Shown here one piece after another: positions 24,291 through 55,033 of a DNA stretch of 64,000 bases (within the stretch, counting starts at the first letter, position 1; each line of letters starts with the position of its first letter). The stretch is taken from NCBI GenBank assembly GCA_002633005.1, contig NMRA01000047.1:831326-895325 (forward strand). The letters run 5' to 3'. The notes under the pieces were generated by a model. The model searched no databases and was not told the DNA's origin. It saw only the letters and a list, made by a program, of their open reading frames with translations. Both the position numbers and the translations under genes were made by a program. This stretch comes from Phoronis australis (taxonomy: Eukaryota > Animalia > Phoronida).

Positions 24291-25018
24291 TCAACGGATT
24301 TCATTGTGATGCGATGATTTTTTTTCTAATTTTTTTCCTTATAATTAGATTAATGTATTTAGCTGGTTGGTGCATAGTAGTAATAATGTTTGTGTTTCAT
24401 GCATTTTAAAAGATACTAAACCCTGTTTTGATCATTTCAATCAATCGTTCTGTCACCCTGCTAATGCATCATTTGCATCAATCGTTCTGTCACCCTGCTA
24501 ATGCATCATCTGCATCAATCGTCCAAGTTAAAGGCAGGAATCGACTGAAGGCTCATATTCCCCATTTCACAGATTGTACATTATGGTCCTTGGTGGGTCG
24601 ACTTTTCCAACAGTTGCTGTGTAATGCACTAAAAGTGTAGGTCATGCTTGCCTGTTTATAGTAGCAGACTTTAAATGGAGTTCTCAAAATTTCCTCAAAA
24701 CTTTGAGGGTTGCCGAGGGTTACAGAACATTATTTTGTTTCAGAGAACTTTAGAGGAAAGTCATTTTTAGTATCTGCTAATAGGCTAAAACTGGGTTTGG
24801 TATCCTTTTTAATCATTGCCATAGTGTTACTTCAAATGACATGAAAATCCATCTTCATTTAAATGACTAATGCCTCAACCTCAAAATCTAATTGATTTCG
24901 TTAGGTCCATTTCTGTGTTAAGTTGATTACACGTAGTCTGGTAAATGTAATTAGAAACCTTTGGTGATTGTCAATGTACAGCTTTGTTTCAGTCATGTGT
25001 TCCACTTGTCTCCACTTT

Positions 25019-25261
25019 CAGGGCTTGGAATTTTCCTTTTATAAGACGATTTCCTCTTCGGTTTTGATTTCCTCTCATTTGATTTCCTGTTTCCCCTTTT
25101 TTCGTCTCTTTTTTATCGTTATTTAGATTTTATCCACGCGAAAACGTTTATTTCAGTTTAATTTTACAACACAAAAAATATTTCTTTTGCGCAAGCCTAT
25201 TTGTGAAATGATACATCACCTCGAAAATTTTCCTATTTGTCATTGGTTATTCCAAGCCTTG
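25019..25261. mobile_element. CAGGGCTTGGAAT MITE, copy 2
   Basis: cagggcttggaat ... attccaagccttg; flanks cacttt/gacttt (6 bp, 1 mismatch). Confidence 0.7.
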
Positions 25262-26813
25262 GACTTTCCACAGGGCCCACATGCTAACCATTACTAATAT
25301 ATTTGTTGTAAACAGATAGGGTTGTCCTTAAGAATCACTTCTATTGTGCGGAATGTTTTTATTTACATTATAAATATAATGATGTTATTACTCACCACTC
25401 TTGTATCTTATAAATAATGTTGAGGCTTTATTGTTTTCAACAACTTGTGTGTTTACCTAAACTCAGTAAATGTTAACTGCTGCTAATGTTGTGTTGTGCA
25501 GAGAACGAATTCCTGGTGACATTCTGTGACAAAACTTGCTTGCCTGAAATTCTGTAACATTTCGACTTTTTTGACCACCTACTTTACAATAGTGTACTAA
25601 AGCTGGGAAACAGCTGTCACAGTGCAACTAACACGGAGCTGATCTGGTGCAAGTGTGGGTCTGCGCGTGTGTGAACACGACTGACATGGAGCAAGTTGAT
25701 ACTACGGCAGCAATTTTTGACACCAGCTTGAGAGGTAGAACGAGTTACACTCACTCAATTAGTTGCTCCAGTGTCAACTACATGACTCTAAATACAACTG
25801 GGGCAGGGTGGAGAGGGATCATCTTTGGCATTCCACTTTTTTGGATGTTCGCTATTGTTTATGTGAGCATGCACAGACAGTTTCAGTGTAAATGACTTGC
25901 TGATCTAATATCGTGTAAATGTAGCTTAGGTCGAGCAAGTCACCATGACAACTGTTCCTCTACATGTAAAAACAGATTTTAAAGCGACTCAGTTCCGAGT
26001 AGTACTAATGTTTATTCACTATCTTGAGATATTAAGAAAATGCAGTATTTTTACTTTTCAGTTCTCACCATGTGTATTGTAATCTGTTGAGCCAAGTAGG
26101 CCATCTGTTTTATTAGATTTACAATTATTTTTTGCTACATCTAGTGGTGGTTCATTTTTTCACAAATTTTAAAATTATGGAATTCACCATTATCTATGAC
26201 AAATACTGTGTCTTGCATAAAGCAAAGTTGATGTGACTTATTCATGCAAAAAGCTTTGAAAACGGAGACTTCCCTATGACTTCTTGAAAATTTTGAGATG
26301 TGACAAATTGTGACTTGCCATTGAACACAGTTCCATTCTCTGATTATATGAAGTGTGACTGCAACAACTGCATGAATTGCTTTTGCATTTATATATCCAA
26401 AACAATACTAGGGCCAAATTTAACTACAGTCTATCATCTTTGTCCCATAATTGGGAGTTGCGAATGAAAGCTTGTGGTTTTGCAAAGTGCTTTGAGAACT
26501 TGTGCATGTCAATGATATCCAAGGAACCAAAGAGGAAAAGTTCCTGTCCCTCATAAATGTATGATCAGCTGCATTCATCTAGCACTAAGTGAAAAAAATC
26601 TTCACATACCGGTATATATTTTATTTCATTTATGGTATTTAATTTGAATTAACTAAACATAGAACAAATGTAGACAACAGAGTGTATGACGTTTGAAAAC
26701 ATGGTGGTTTTGACATCCCAAGACAATCCTATTACTTGAGCACCTGTGGACAGCAAAAACGCAGTTGAATTACATGGAAGTAGTTTTCCCACCGTCACCT
26801 GTGCTGTGAAATA

Positions 26814-27024
26814 GAGGGTTTCAAGTGACCCGTGGCAATAAAGAGGAAATTTTTCGAGATGAAGAATCGGTCCACAAATAAATGATAGAAATATTTTTGT
26901 GTTAAGAATTTAACTGCAAGAAACGTATTTTGCAAAATAATGATAAAGGAAACTGGTAATCAAATCAGGGTAAATTGAAATAAAAAAGAGGAAATGCTTT
27001 TAAAAAGGAAAATTCCAAGCCCTG
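26814..27024. mobile_element. CAGGGCTTGGAAT MITE, copy 3 (reverse orientation)
   Basis: Ends aaaattccaagccctg; exact 6-bp flanking duplication gaaata (26808-26813 and 27025-27030). Confidence 0.7.
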
Positions 27025-28979
27025 GAAATAGCTTCAGTAGAACCTTACTTTGCCAAACAATATGAAACAATTACGGTACCCGTGGCGGCATTCTTTGAAT
27101 CTGTTTTTGGAGTATCAATGTAGTGACGTAATTTTGAATGGCTCAAAAGCTGGGTATCATGGACATTCTGGTGCATGCATCAGTTTACTTCTTCAACACA
27201 ACCCAGTTTGACAATGTGGCTCTACATGGTAACAGTTTCAGTGAAATATGATCAAAAACAGGTAATTTGATGTGTGCTTGGAAAGGACATTGAACCTATT
27301 AGCTTTTGCACTTGCGAGATTTCACACCAGTAACTATAATCATGAGCGTGGCATGTGTTTTTCCACACCCTGTACCCTGCTCTTGGCCCACGGACTGCAG
27401 TGGTAGGAATACAATGGCCCAGTTGACATAGCTAGACCTTACACAAGACTGGCTGTGAACAGATTGCCATAACTTCCCATGGCGTATTCACGATTCACTG
27501 CATCCAATCTGTTAAGTAGAGGTTATGGTTTGGCTGTCAAAAATGCAATTTATTTAGAAACCAAGAAATCCTGTGTACTTTGAGGAATTTGCTAGTTCTA
27601 ATTATTGTAATTTAGGGTAGTTCTGGGCAAACTGCAGGCCTCTAATCAGATTTCGTTTCCGCAACACCTGCCTGTCACTCTTTATCAGTAGTCCCTCTCA
27701 AAGCTCAGTTTAGCTATACTAGTAGTTTGACTTTTGACATTCTCAGCCATACATCATTTGAGTTTACACAAATTACAGGTTTTTGAATCAACATTTATGT
27801 TCTTTAGTTGTCTTTCTGGCTCACAAAATTTAAAAAATGGAGAAAGGAAAGAAATGATACTCTACTCTAAAATCCAATTGCCTAGTTGATTTCTTCTCAC
27901 AAACAACAATCTTATAACTCCAGCTATTGTACATTATATTTTTGTAATAAACATTAAAGAAGCCATTAACAGATCACTCAAGATCTCTCGAATACAGGCC
28001 ATAATTGATCAACTCGGGTGCATCCCTTAAAAAACCTGGCGGGTCGAGAATTTCTCATGAATACCAGTTTTTATGAAGGTTTGGAGCACCGAAGTTTCAA
28101 GGCATGGCAAATATGAGTAGTGTAAGTGTATTTTGAAACATATCCATGGAGTGTGAGGAGGATTTGTCAGATTAAGTGTATACCTGTTTGTTGCTCATTT
28201 GAAGATGTTTTCATAGCCCAAGAGAAATATGTCCAAACGGTAAGAGAGGGCACATTTATGAGTCTAGTAATCCTGAATAACATCCTACTTGTGAGATTCC
28301 CAGCTGAGAAGGAAGAGGGACAAAATACCATCTTGTGCATAATCTAGTATAAGGCCTACAACCTTTCAAGTAGAAAACCTACATGTCATCTTACAAATCT
28401 TGAGACTGATTCCTATTCTGTAGTAACAGGAAAAAGCTGTGACATCAACAGAAATGGGTCAAGAATTGATCTTGCTTCTCATATCGCAAAAGGTATATTT
28501 AGGGCCACCGCAGACAGAGAGCTATGCGCCTTGAATGTCAATAAGCTCGACTCATAGCTCACAGCTGTGGCAAAATGATCTGCAAGGATTTTTCCTCACA
28601 AGGCGGTGAGGTGAATGTGTCATTTGTTGAATTTCTTTCACCTGGCGAGTGGGCATGGTGAGATATGTTCTTTACCGTTTATGAAAATTAATTGTAGCAT
28701 CACTCAGCAACAACAGATCTCCGACACTCATTGCAATCGTGTGTACTACATTTTAGTTGTTTACTGCGGATCACTGCCTCCCTGTGTGCAAGAAACAATG
28801 GTTCAAGTACATTTCACTACAGGAGCACAGTTCAGCTCGAACCTATCCTGTGCTGACCCTTATATAATCTGTCCCTTTACCTCTGGCTGTGTTGTTACCT
28901 CTGCAGTGTTTTATATCAAAACCCATTATCCCTTCGGAAATTTCATGTTATGAAAAATAACACTTCATCTGGATCATAA

Positions 28980-28985
28980 TTTATT
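28980..28985 (-). terminator. Likely PSMD1 polyadenylation signal
   Basis: AATAAA on the minus strand about 330 nt after the stop; a second AATAAA lies at 29252-29257. Confidence 0.55.
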
Positions 28986-29316
28986 GATACAAATAGTTAA
29001 AACAACACCTTTACAGACATCCCCAATCGACTATTTTCGTTGATAAATCTTCCAGCCTTTCAACATAGAACTCGCTGGTTGTTGACAAAACCACGAAATC
29101 TTGTAGGGGTGTGAAAATGCACATTTGTTGCAAATGAAAATATAATGATCATTAAGTTTGCAGTGCAGTAACCTGGCCTTCAACCCTAACTAACATTAGA
29201 AGAAAAATGTTGAACTACAAATATTAAAAAAGTCAATAGAATTGACATATTTTTATTCTAACAAGTTCATCATATCCAGGTGTGCCTTGTTTAGCTGAAT
29301 CTATGTGAACATTTGT

Positions 29317-46955
<17,639 letters not shown>

Positions 46956-49900
46956 TTAGTGCACTATCAACAAAGTAATAGTAGAGGCAAGTTCATTGCA
47001 GATAAAAAACACCATGATGCCTCTAGTGGGTGTTACATTAGTTTGTTGTCTGTTGAAACTGCCGCACATGAACATCACCATTTCCTAATTTATTGTTAAT
47101 CCAAAAAAGCCGAGCAAAGTTGGTTTTGGTCTCTACCTAGAATCCTTTTGAGATTTGGGCTCACTGAGTATAAAAAACGAATGTCCGCATCAATTTCTCA
47201 TGTTTTTGAAAAGATGCACAAGGCACGTAATGGTATCTGGCAAGGCTTGAAATGTCATGATTTGATAAGAGATAAGAAAAAACATTCTGCACCATTTTTG
47301 CTCGTCTCAGGTAGATTTTGTTATTGTAAAAAGTGAGCAGCTAAAAATATTGTACCACATAGTCAATTTATAAAAAAAAAAACAAATCAGAACCAACAAT
47401 GATTTTTTGGCCTAATGACAGCTTCATCAGAACTGTTCACTTGCAATTTCACTGCCCCCTACTGGGGAAAATGAGTGGTAAGAGATGCAATTTCACACTC
47501 AATGTATTACAAAACTCACACTCGAGTTAAAGGTGCATTTAGCACCTGGTTAAAAGACAAAACCGAAAGAGACCACTTACTTCTATAAAGTTGTTCTCAT
47601 ATTATACATAGCTTATAATTTGAGTTGGTAACAGAAACAGAATCCTATCCCAGAAGGAATGGGAGAAAGATTTTATGAGAGTACAGCGCCTAATTCCATT
47701 CATATTTTTCTAGCCAGCTAAATGGGGTGGAATGCAGCTTTAAGGTCAACCATTTTGCATTATTTTGGTTCATCAATCTCCGCTCGTCAATCACCAACTC
47801 TGACAACTTGTCATGCTGGATCCATTCAACTGGTCATCAAAACTAATCATAGGAGGTTGACTATAGGAAATCACACCCACTAATTGTTTGTTTTGAAATG
47901 CTACATTAGCAATCACAGCCACAGTCATCACAGCCTTCACAAACCCACATGTAGAGGCACATCCACACAAACAACTTAAGTTAATTAAATAGAGTTTGAT
48001 TTCACCTCTCCACTTCTGGCCACAGAATTGTATGCAAATTTTGAAAAGCATGCACTTAAGTCCCACTGGCGATACAACACCCTTTCTGAAAACCATGTTT
48101 GGTTCACGTTTTGGGGAGAAGTCCTTTTAGTTTAAAATGGCTCTATAACAGTCAAAATAGTATGTCTGAGTACACACAATACCACCACGAACCGAATAAA
48201 GCTCACAGATTGCTTTAGCACAAAGATTAACTCCAAAACGTGATTTATTCCAGTTTTGAAGTTTGTGATTTTGGCTTGACCTAATTAATACAGCGTGTCA
48301 TGAGGTAAATCCGGAAAAGAAAATCATGCTGAAATGATGACTCTGAATATCTTACAGGATTGTGACATGGAAATGACTGCAATGACACTTGCCTGTTATA
48401 TTTTCTGTGAGAAACCAAAGTGTGCTGTCTGAATAGGGGTCATTGCACAACCGATGGAAAATAACTTATGACACAGATTGAAAATTATGGAAATTATTCA
48501 TACTAAAAACTGGTTGGTCTCCTCCAGGCTTAATGCACAGATGGTTCTGATGGACACGTTTGAAAGACCAATTTACCGCCTGAAGAGTTTGTACACTTGA
48601 ATGAGATCCCATATTTTTTTCATAGAATGCCAGCAGAGGTAAAAAAAATCTCAACAAACGTCTTCGGGTCTTTTTATTTGAATTTGCACACATCTATTAA
48701 GCAAATAAAGATAGGAAATGCCCGGAAAAAGGTTATGTCCAATATTGAGGCAATGGGATTAGTAAACTACTTTTGCACTCAGCGATCAGATAACCAGACC
48801 CTCATCAGACAAAATCTTGATCCAAGACATGCTGGACAGCATCAGTGTATAAGACTATGTGAGCGGGTCAGTCAGTGTGAAAGGTAAATTTCAGTCCTCA
48901 GTCAAAGCGAACAGTGCAAGTTGACTTGGCAGAAAACAGGCAGACTTAACAGCACAGCGTGGATATCAAGAACGTCATCAGATTTACTGGCAGGTGTCAC
49001 CACTAGTAACAGCATGCGCCGTTGAATTACTTGACTTTTTTCAAATAAGCATCACTCAAGAGCTTTCAGTACTTCATTCTTAAATCTTAAGGCAATTTAT
49101 TGTACAACAAACAAATAAACAAGTTCATTGGAGTGATATGCATACTAGTCAGCAACACACAAGCTGCTCCTTATTTAGATGAATAGTATACTACTATTTC
49201 ACAACTGAGGTATCAGGGTTATGTAACAGGCTATGAAATTTAAACAGAGAAGAACTTGTCCAGTGGCTCAAATTAACAGTTTACATGGAACCTATTCTAT
49301 GTAAAGGCCTTATGACAGACATTTAGTAAACAAACAATGCAATCATTGTTTTCTGATTGGACTCGGTGACCGTAACAGACATCTGGGTGGACGTCAATCA
49401 AAAAATGTTTTTAAGTCCCTTCTGAAGTGTATGAATTTGTCAGCAAAAATAATGAAAAGGTCTGTGCATCCTAAAATTGGAGATTTCAGCTCTTCCCAAA
49501 AGACCTACATCCAAAGTTTCTTCAAATTATTTAGCAAATAGTGAGAAGGCCAAAATACTGACATTAAAACTACAATTGGTATAATCCAAACTTGTTCAAA
49601 AATGGGCACTTGAAGTGTCATGCTATCCTAGGAAGGAATTATCTATGAAGCTTTTGGTTTTGAAGATTTTTTAGATATGGAGGCAGGCAAACATATGCGG
49701 ATGCCAGCTCACAGAAGACAAACAATAAACAGTTAGTCTTTTCTAATCAAACAGCTAATAGAACAAAATCTTTTGATCAGCCCATTAGCATTCTAATCAC
49801 ATTCCTAGCTACATTACGCAAGTGCAGAATCCTTAGAAAAATAGAGACAATTGAAAGGTCAGAATCGGTCAACACATCTTAAAAGGGACACAGAAAAACA

Positions 49901-51384
49901 ATATAAAACCTTCCTCAAAAGTAAACAAAATGTATCGAGTTCACAGAAATGTCGGAAAATACCGAAAAGAAGTATTTCAAGATCCCTGCCCTAACTTCTA
50001 TGTAATGTTAACAGAAACTAAACCTAGCCAAATTAATACGTTCAAATTTTTGAGACAAGGATATGCTTTTCTAATTATCAACAAAATCAAAAGGTTTCAT
50101 TTCTAAAATCTATTAACCCCCACCTCTAGCCTACTTACAGTGGTACCAAACTGTAAAAAACCAGCGATTGCTGCAGGAATAACCCAATGAACCAGAAGAT
50201 TTTAGAAACGATATTACCACAGCACCACCTCACAGAGATTTTAGGAAGGCAAAGGGTGCTTCCTAACAGCTGACTTTTGAAATAGCCGTGCCTTACTGAA
50301 AGGCGCTATCCCCCCAGACGGCGACCATGTCTTTGGTTTCAACGTAGTGGTACAAACAGTGTTTTAATACCTTTCCTGCTATCATTAAGCCTGGTAAATT
50401 TCCATTGCTGTGCCGTGGGGTGAACTACTGACGCAAATATGAAATGTCTGCTATTAAAAAATTTTTGTAGGCAGAATTCCCTACATGTAGACATCCTCCA
50501 GGAAAATGTCTCTAAAAGTTGGCACCATGCTTAAGGAAATATCTCTAACCTTGAACACTACAAGGCTAGTGTTACTAGGATTCCCTAATCTTGAGATAAA
50601 ACAAATAAAAGTTCAGTTTGGCCACGTTCTTTTTTAAAGCTCATGACATAGCACACTAAAGCCAACTAGGGCGTAGCGTGGAAACCATGCAAGTTATGGT
50701 AATTCATCGCTTATTTTGTGCAAAAATAATTTTCAGTCCAAGAAGTCAGTCCATGCAGTCGGTCCACGAATCCGGTCCATGAATCGGGTCCAGCCAGTCC
50801 GCGCAGTCTGTCCGCACAGTCTTTCCCATCCTTTTCTCATGAGCCCAATTCTAATCTCACGAGTGGTGATCTTTTGTCACAAACCAAAATTTTGTTCTTG
50901 CTAACTCAGTTCTAGTCTCGTCAGAAAAGAACTGCACTAGTGAAAAGGGATGCAGTTAAGGAAAGTCTTCACTTATTTAGCACACAATACGGTCGACGAG
51001 TGAAATTTGATTTTTGCCAAATACCTCAACAAAGGGAAGAATAAGAACATTGTGGTCGATTACTAACATAGTTTGAACTGTATGGGTGTCACAAGACAAC
51101 ATTTGGTAAAGTTCCCTTTGACTCCAGTAAAGGTGAACAGCGTTTGAAAAATGGAAAAGGACAATTGTGACAATTGTTTTTGTGCAAAATAAGGTAACAA
51201 TTACAATAAGAACGCCCGAGCAAACTATGAGGAAGGATGACATGCAGCCATGTATTCCGAAAGCCGGCAGATTTTTCGCCGTAAGTACCTCACCAATGAC
51301 TAACATTTATACAAGATATCTGATTTATACACGACTACATTATACCGTAATTAAACTCATTGGCAACATTTCCATTCCAATTCA

Positions 51385-51985
51385 AGGAATTCCTCTATCC
51401 CAAGGGTAGAGCAACACATTAAAGGTGATTAGTAATAAAACGCTTAACCTTCAAGGTCTTAGGCAGTCATTTTATGCTGCTACCCCATTAATAAACTGGC
51501 TAAGACACTAGCGTTTCGTGGTAACCAAGATGCCACTAACGTGAATGATTGCAAATGGCGCATTTGCTGTAGCTTTGCTGACGGTTCAACTTACCGCAAA
51601 ACTGTGGGGGCGCTTTCACCACGGGCATTTTTCTTGTCAGATTGCTTACTTCAAAGGAGATACAGGCAGAGGGGAAGGAGATCTNAGGAATTCCTCTATC
51701 CCAAGGGTAGAGCAACACATTAAAGGTGATTAGTAATAAAACGCTTAACCTTCAAGGTCTTAGGCAGTCATTTTATGCTGCTACCCCATTAATAAACTGG
51801 CTAAGACACTAGCGTTTCGTGGTAACCAAGATGCCACTAACGTGAATGATTGCAAATGGCGCATTTGCTGTAGCTTTGCTGACGGTTCAACTTACCGCAA
51901 AACTGTGGGGCCGCTTTCACCACGGGCATTTTTCTTGTCAGATTGCTTACTTCAAAGGAGATACAGGCAGAGGGGAAGGAGATCT
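51385..51985. other. 300-bp direct duplication joined by a single N (probable assembly artefact)
   Basis: 51385-51684 and 51686-51985 differ at one visible position and are separated by N at 51685. Confidence 0.85.
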
Positions 51986-54746
51986 GTGTTCACACTTGAG
52001 CAAATCAATTTATCCACGAGAGCGAACCTAACCTCGGTCCGATATCAATTTTCGCTTCAAAAGTGATCTGGTTGATAAGGAACTGGCACATCTGTCAGGC
52101 TATAAATGCCAGCATTTTGCCATTGGAAAACTGCCGGATTTTTTGCCATTCATGCGAACTCAGTTAAACCAGCTCTCAGAATGGACTGTTCCACAACTGG
52201 AGATGAAACTAATCATAATCATATCACGGAAGAGCCCACTTGAACATCATCAAAGTACATAAAATGTCACTCTTGCTCTGCAGAATGAGCCAGTTAATCT
52301 TAAATGCTGCAACTTCTAAAGGTAAGTAACAAATTCATTTTATTTGAATTGTATTTTTGGCAAAATTGGTGCTACACTGAATAACTTAGTAAAAAAAAAT
52401 AAAATGAAAAATGCACTGTCCATCAGCAAAACTATAGTTAAACTATTACTACAATCCCATTTATAAAACTTTCTAAATTTTCATAAAGAGTACCCTAAAA
52501 CTGACCACTAGAAATTCAACTATTGAAATTCAGATGCTTTTTTACACACACACGCACAAGCACACACACACGCGTGCACACGCACACGCACACACACACT
52601 GACACACCAGTGTTGCATTGAACGAAAACTTGTAAGAAAAATTGGAAATGAGCACAGCTAGAGAAATGTAACTTAATTTCTTAATGGGGTCTAGTATTCA
52701 TGATTGAGAACTGAGTCTCTATCCCAAGGCTTTGATTTTTGGACCAACTCTTCCAAACAACTATTGTATTCTAAGAAATGTAATGAATTTCACTACAATT
52801 GCAAGATTAACTTTCATAGGCTAGTGCTACAGGGTCATTCCTGTATTTGATTACCAAGTAGACAACACAGGTTGAAAAAAACAACTTCATTTTGACTTCC
52901 AAGAAACAATGAGTATAATTAACAAATGAATGTTACACATGGGTTTCATAACCAGAGCTCTTGAAGCCAAATTCACTGCGGCAGTTTTTTAAATACTGAT
53001 AGTTTATAGGCCCCTTCATACTGACTTAACTCCAGTCTGAGGAAGCGTCATGTAAACTGCCAAGTTAACTGAACGTTTATAAGTTTATAACAGACATGAA
53101 AGTAAAGTAAGTATGGTTGAAATGTTATGCTTCTGCAACAAATAATCTAGTTTCCAACTAGATTTCACAATAGTTGGCAAAATCCCCGATGGGACAGATA
53201 GTAGTCCCAGGTTAGGGAAAACTCAGCTTCACATAGATTATTCTCTAGGGATAACCAAGAGATGGGAGCAGTCTAACTGGTGCTTTACCATCATTTGATA
53301 TTAACTGTCATCAATTGTTTAAGACAGCAATCAAAAGACACAAGCAAGTGGAATTTTGGAGCCTAAAGGGAGGTCAAACCAAGGGAGAGATTGAAGTCAA
53401 TCATACGTAGGTTACCAAAGTGAAAACATGGCAGGTACTATAGTCAAGGTTCTTCAATTACACAAGGCNCCCCCCCCCCCCCCCCCCCCCCCCGGCATAA
53501 ACGACATGTGACGGCGAGCCAAATTATGCAGTATGCAAGTCTGTTCTTTGCAAGCCTTGAAATCACCCCTAATTTGTCTAAGGAACAATTTTAGACAAAA
53601 GTCATTAAGGTTCAGTGGTAAAAATTAAACTCTGTTTTTCATGATGGAGAGCAGGTTTATAGCATCTTCAATGAAATACTCATCATTTAAGCACTGTTGT
53701 CCCGAAGACCTTTGAAAAATAGATAAATGAAAATTTCAGCAATTATTTTTCTTTGAATTCAAAGGACTCAGCTTTACCAATTTAAAGAACATATTCTATA
53801 AAGACAACGAGAAGGGGAGACATTTTATTTCATGACGTCTTTCACACTGCTGAGGTTTAATCTCATTATGTCTCACCCACTATCGTTTTACATTAAGTGA
53901 GATAACACTAGATAACACGCACACCACAATAATAAATTATGAACCTGCTGTGTAGTGTGTACTAATGACGTGAAGTCACGCAATTCATTGTTTCATGTAA
54001 ATATCAGCAGAAAGGGGTGATCAACGTTTGTTTAAGAGAAGACATTAGTAATGACATGCAATGACGAAGGTAAAGATAAAGAAATTCCAAGAAAAGAATA
54101 CAGCTGACAGAAACACTTGCAGATACTTTTTTATGACCGACATATGTCTCGACGCTAAAATGGTGTATCGTAAGGTCAGTTTCGAGAGATCAAAAGTAGC
54201 TAATGTTTCATGTAGTCCCACAAAAAAATTCTTTCTCAACCTCACAAGTCCTGACAGAATCCAGATTTTGTTTAATTAGGTATATGGTACTAAAGATGCT
54301 GGGCATGTCTGTCTGTCTCGGGTAGGGGGGGGGGGGACAAGGTAACTTCACTGTTTTTGACGAGAGAATGCAGCTGACGTAAATTTGAAACAATCTTATA
54401 AGCAATCAACAGTACATGACGACTTGACCAACTCAAGAACATAGACCTAGTGATTTTTTAATTGTCAAACATATGTCATCCAGAGGATTTATAGTACATT
54501 GAACTCTTTTGTGGAGGCCTTAACTCCAAATAACAAACTTTAATATGGGACTCGAGACATTTGGTTCATTGGAAAAGCCACTCTTCAAGCATGGCAAAGT
54601 AGTCTACATTCAGTACTTCCTGGCAAAGTCAATTTTTTACCAAACTGTTATTTTTCCCTCTTCAAAGAAATTGCAATTTATATTTTAAGGCACTGCTTGA
54701 TGACAATAACAGATTTTCATGCCCAGCTTATTTATGACAGAATAAT

Positions 54747-55033
54747 GTTGTCCCTTTCCATCAAGTGGCCTACTACATAAGGAGTGACAAATAAGTTGTC
54801 CCTTCCCATCAAGTGGCCTACTACATAAGGAGTGACAAATAAGTTGTCCCTTTCCATCAAGTGTTCTACTACATAAGGAGTGACAAATAAGTTGTCCCTT
54901 TCCATCAAGTGTTCTACTACATAAGGAGTGACAAATAAGTTGTCCCTTCCCATCAAGTGGCCTACTACATAAGGAGTGACAAATAAGTTGTCCCTTTCCA
55001 TAAAGTGGCCTACTACATAAGGAGTGACAAATA
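54747..55033. repeat. 51-bp minisatellite, ~5.6 copies
   Basis: Unit gttgtccctttccatcaagtggcctactacataaggagtgacaaataa plus variants; explains ORFs 54685-55110 and 54732-55043. Confidence 0.9.

Noticed and set aside
51385-51985. 300-bp near-perfect tandem duplication
   Set aside because: Exactly 300 bp, a single N at the junction and one allele-like mismatch: typical of overlapping contig ends joined in scaffolding rather than biology.
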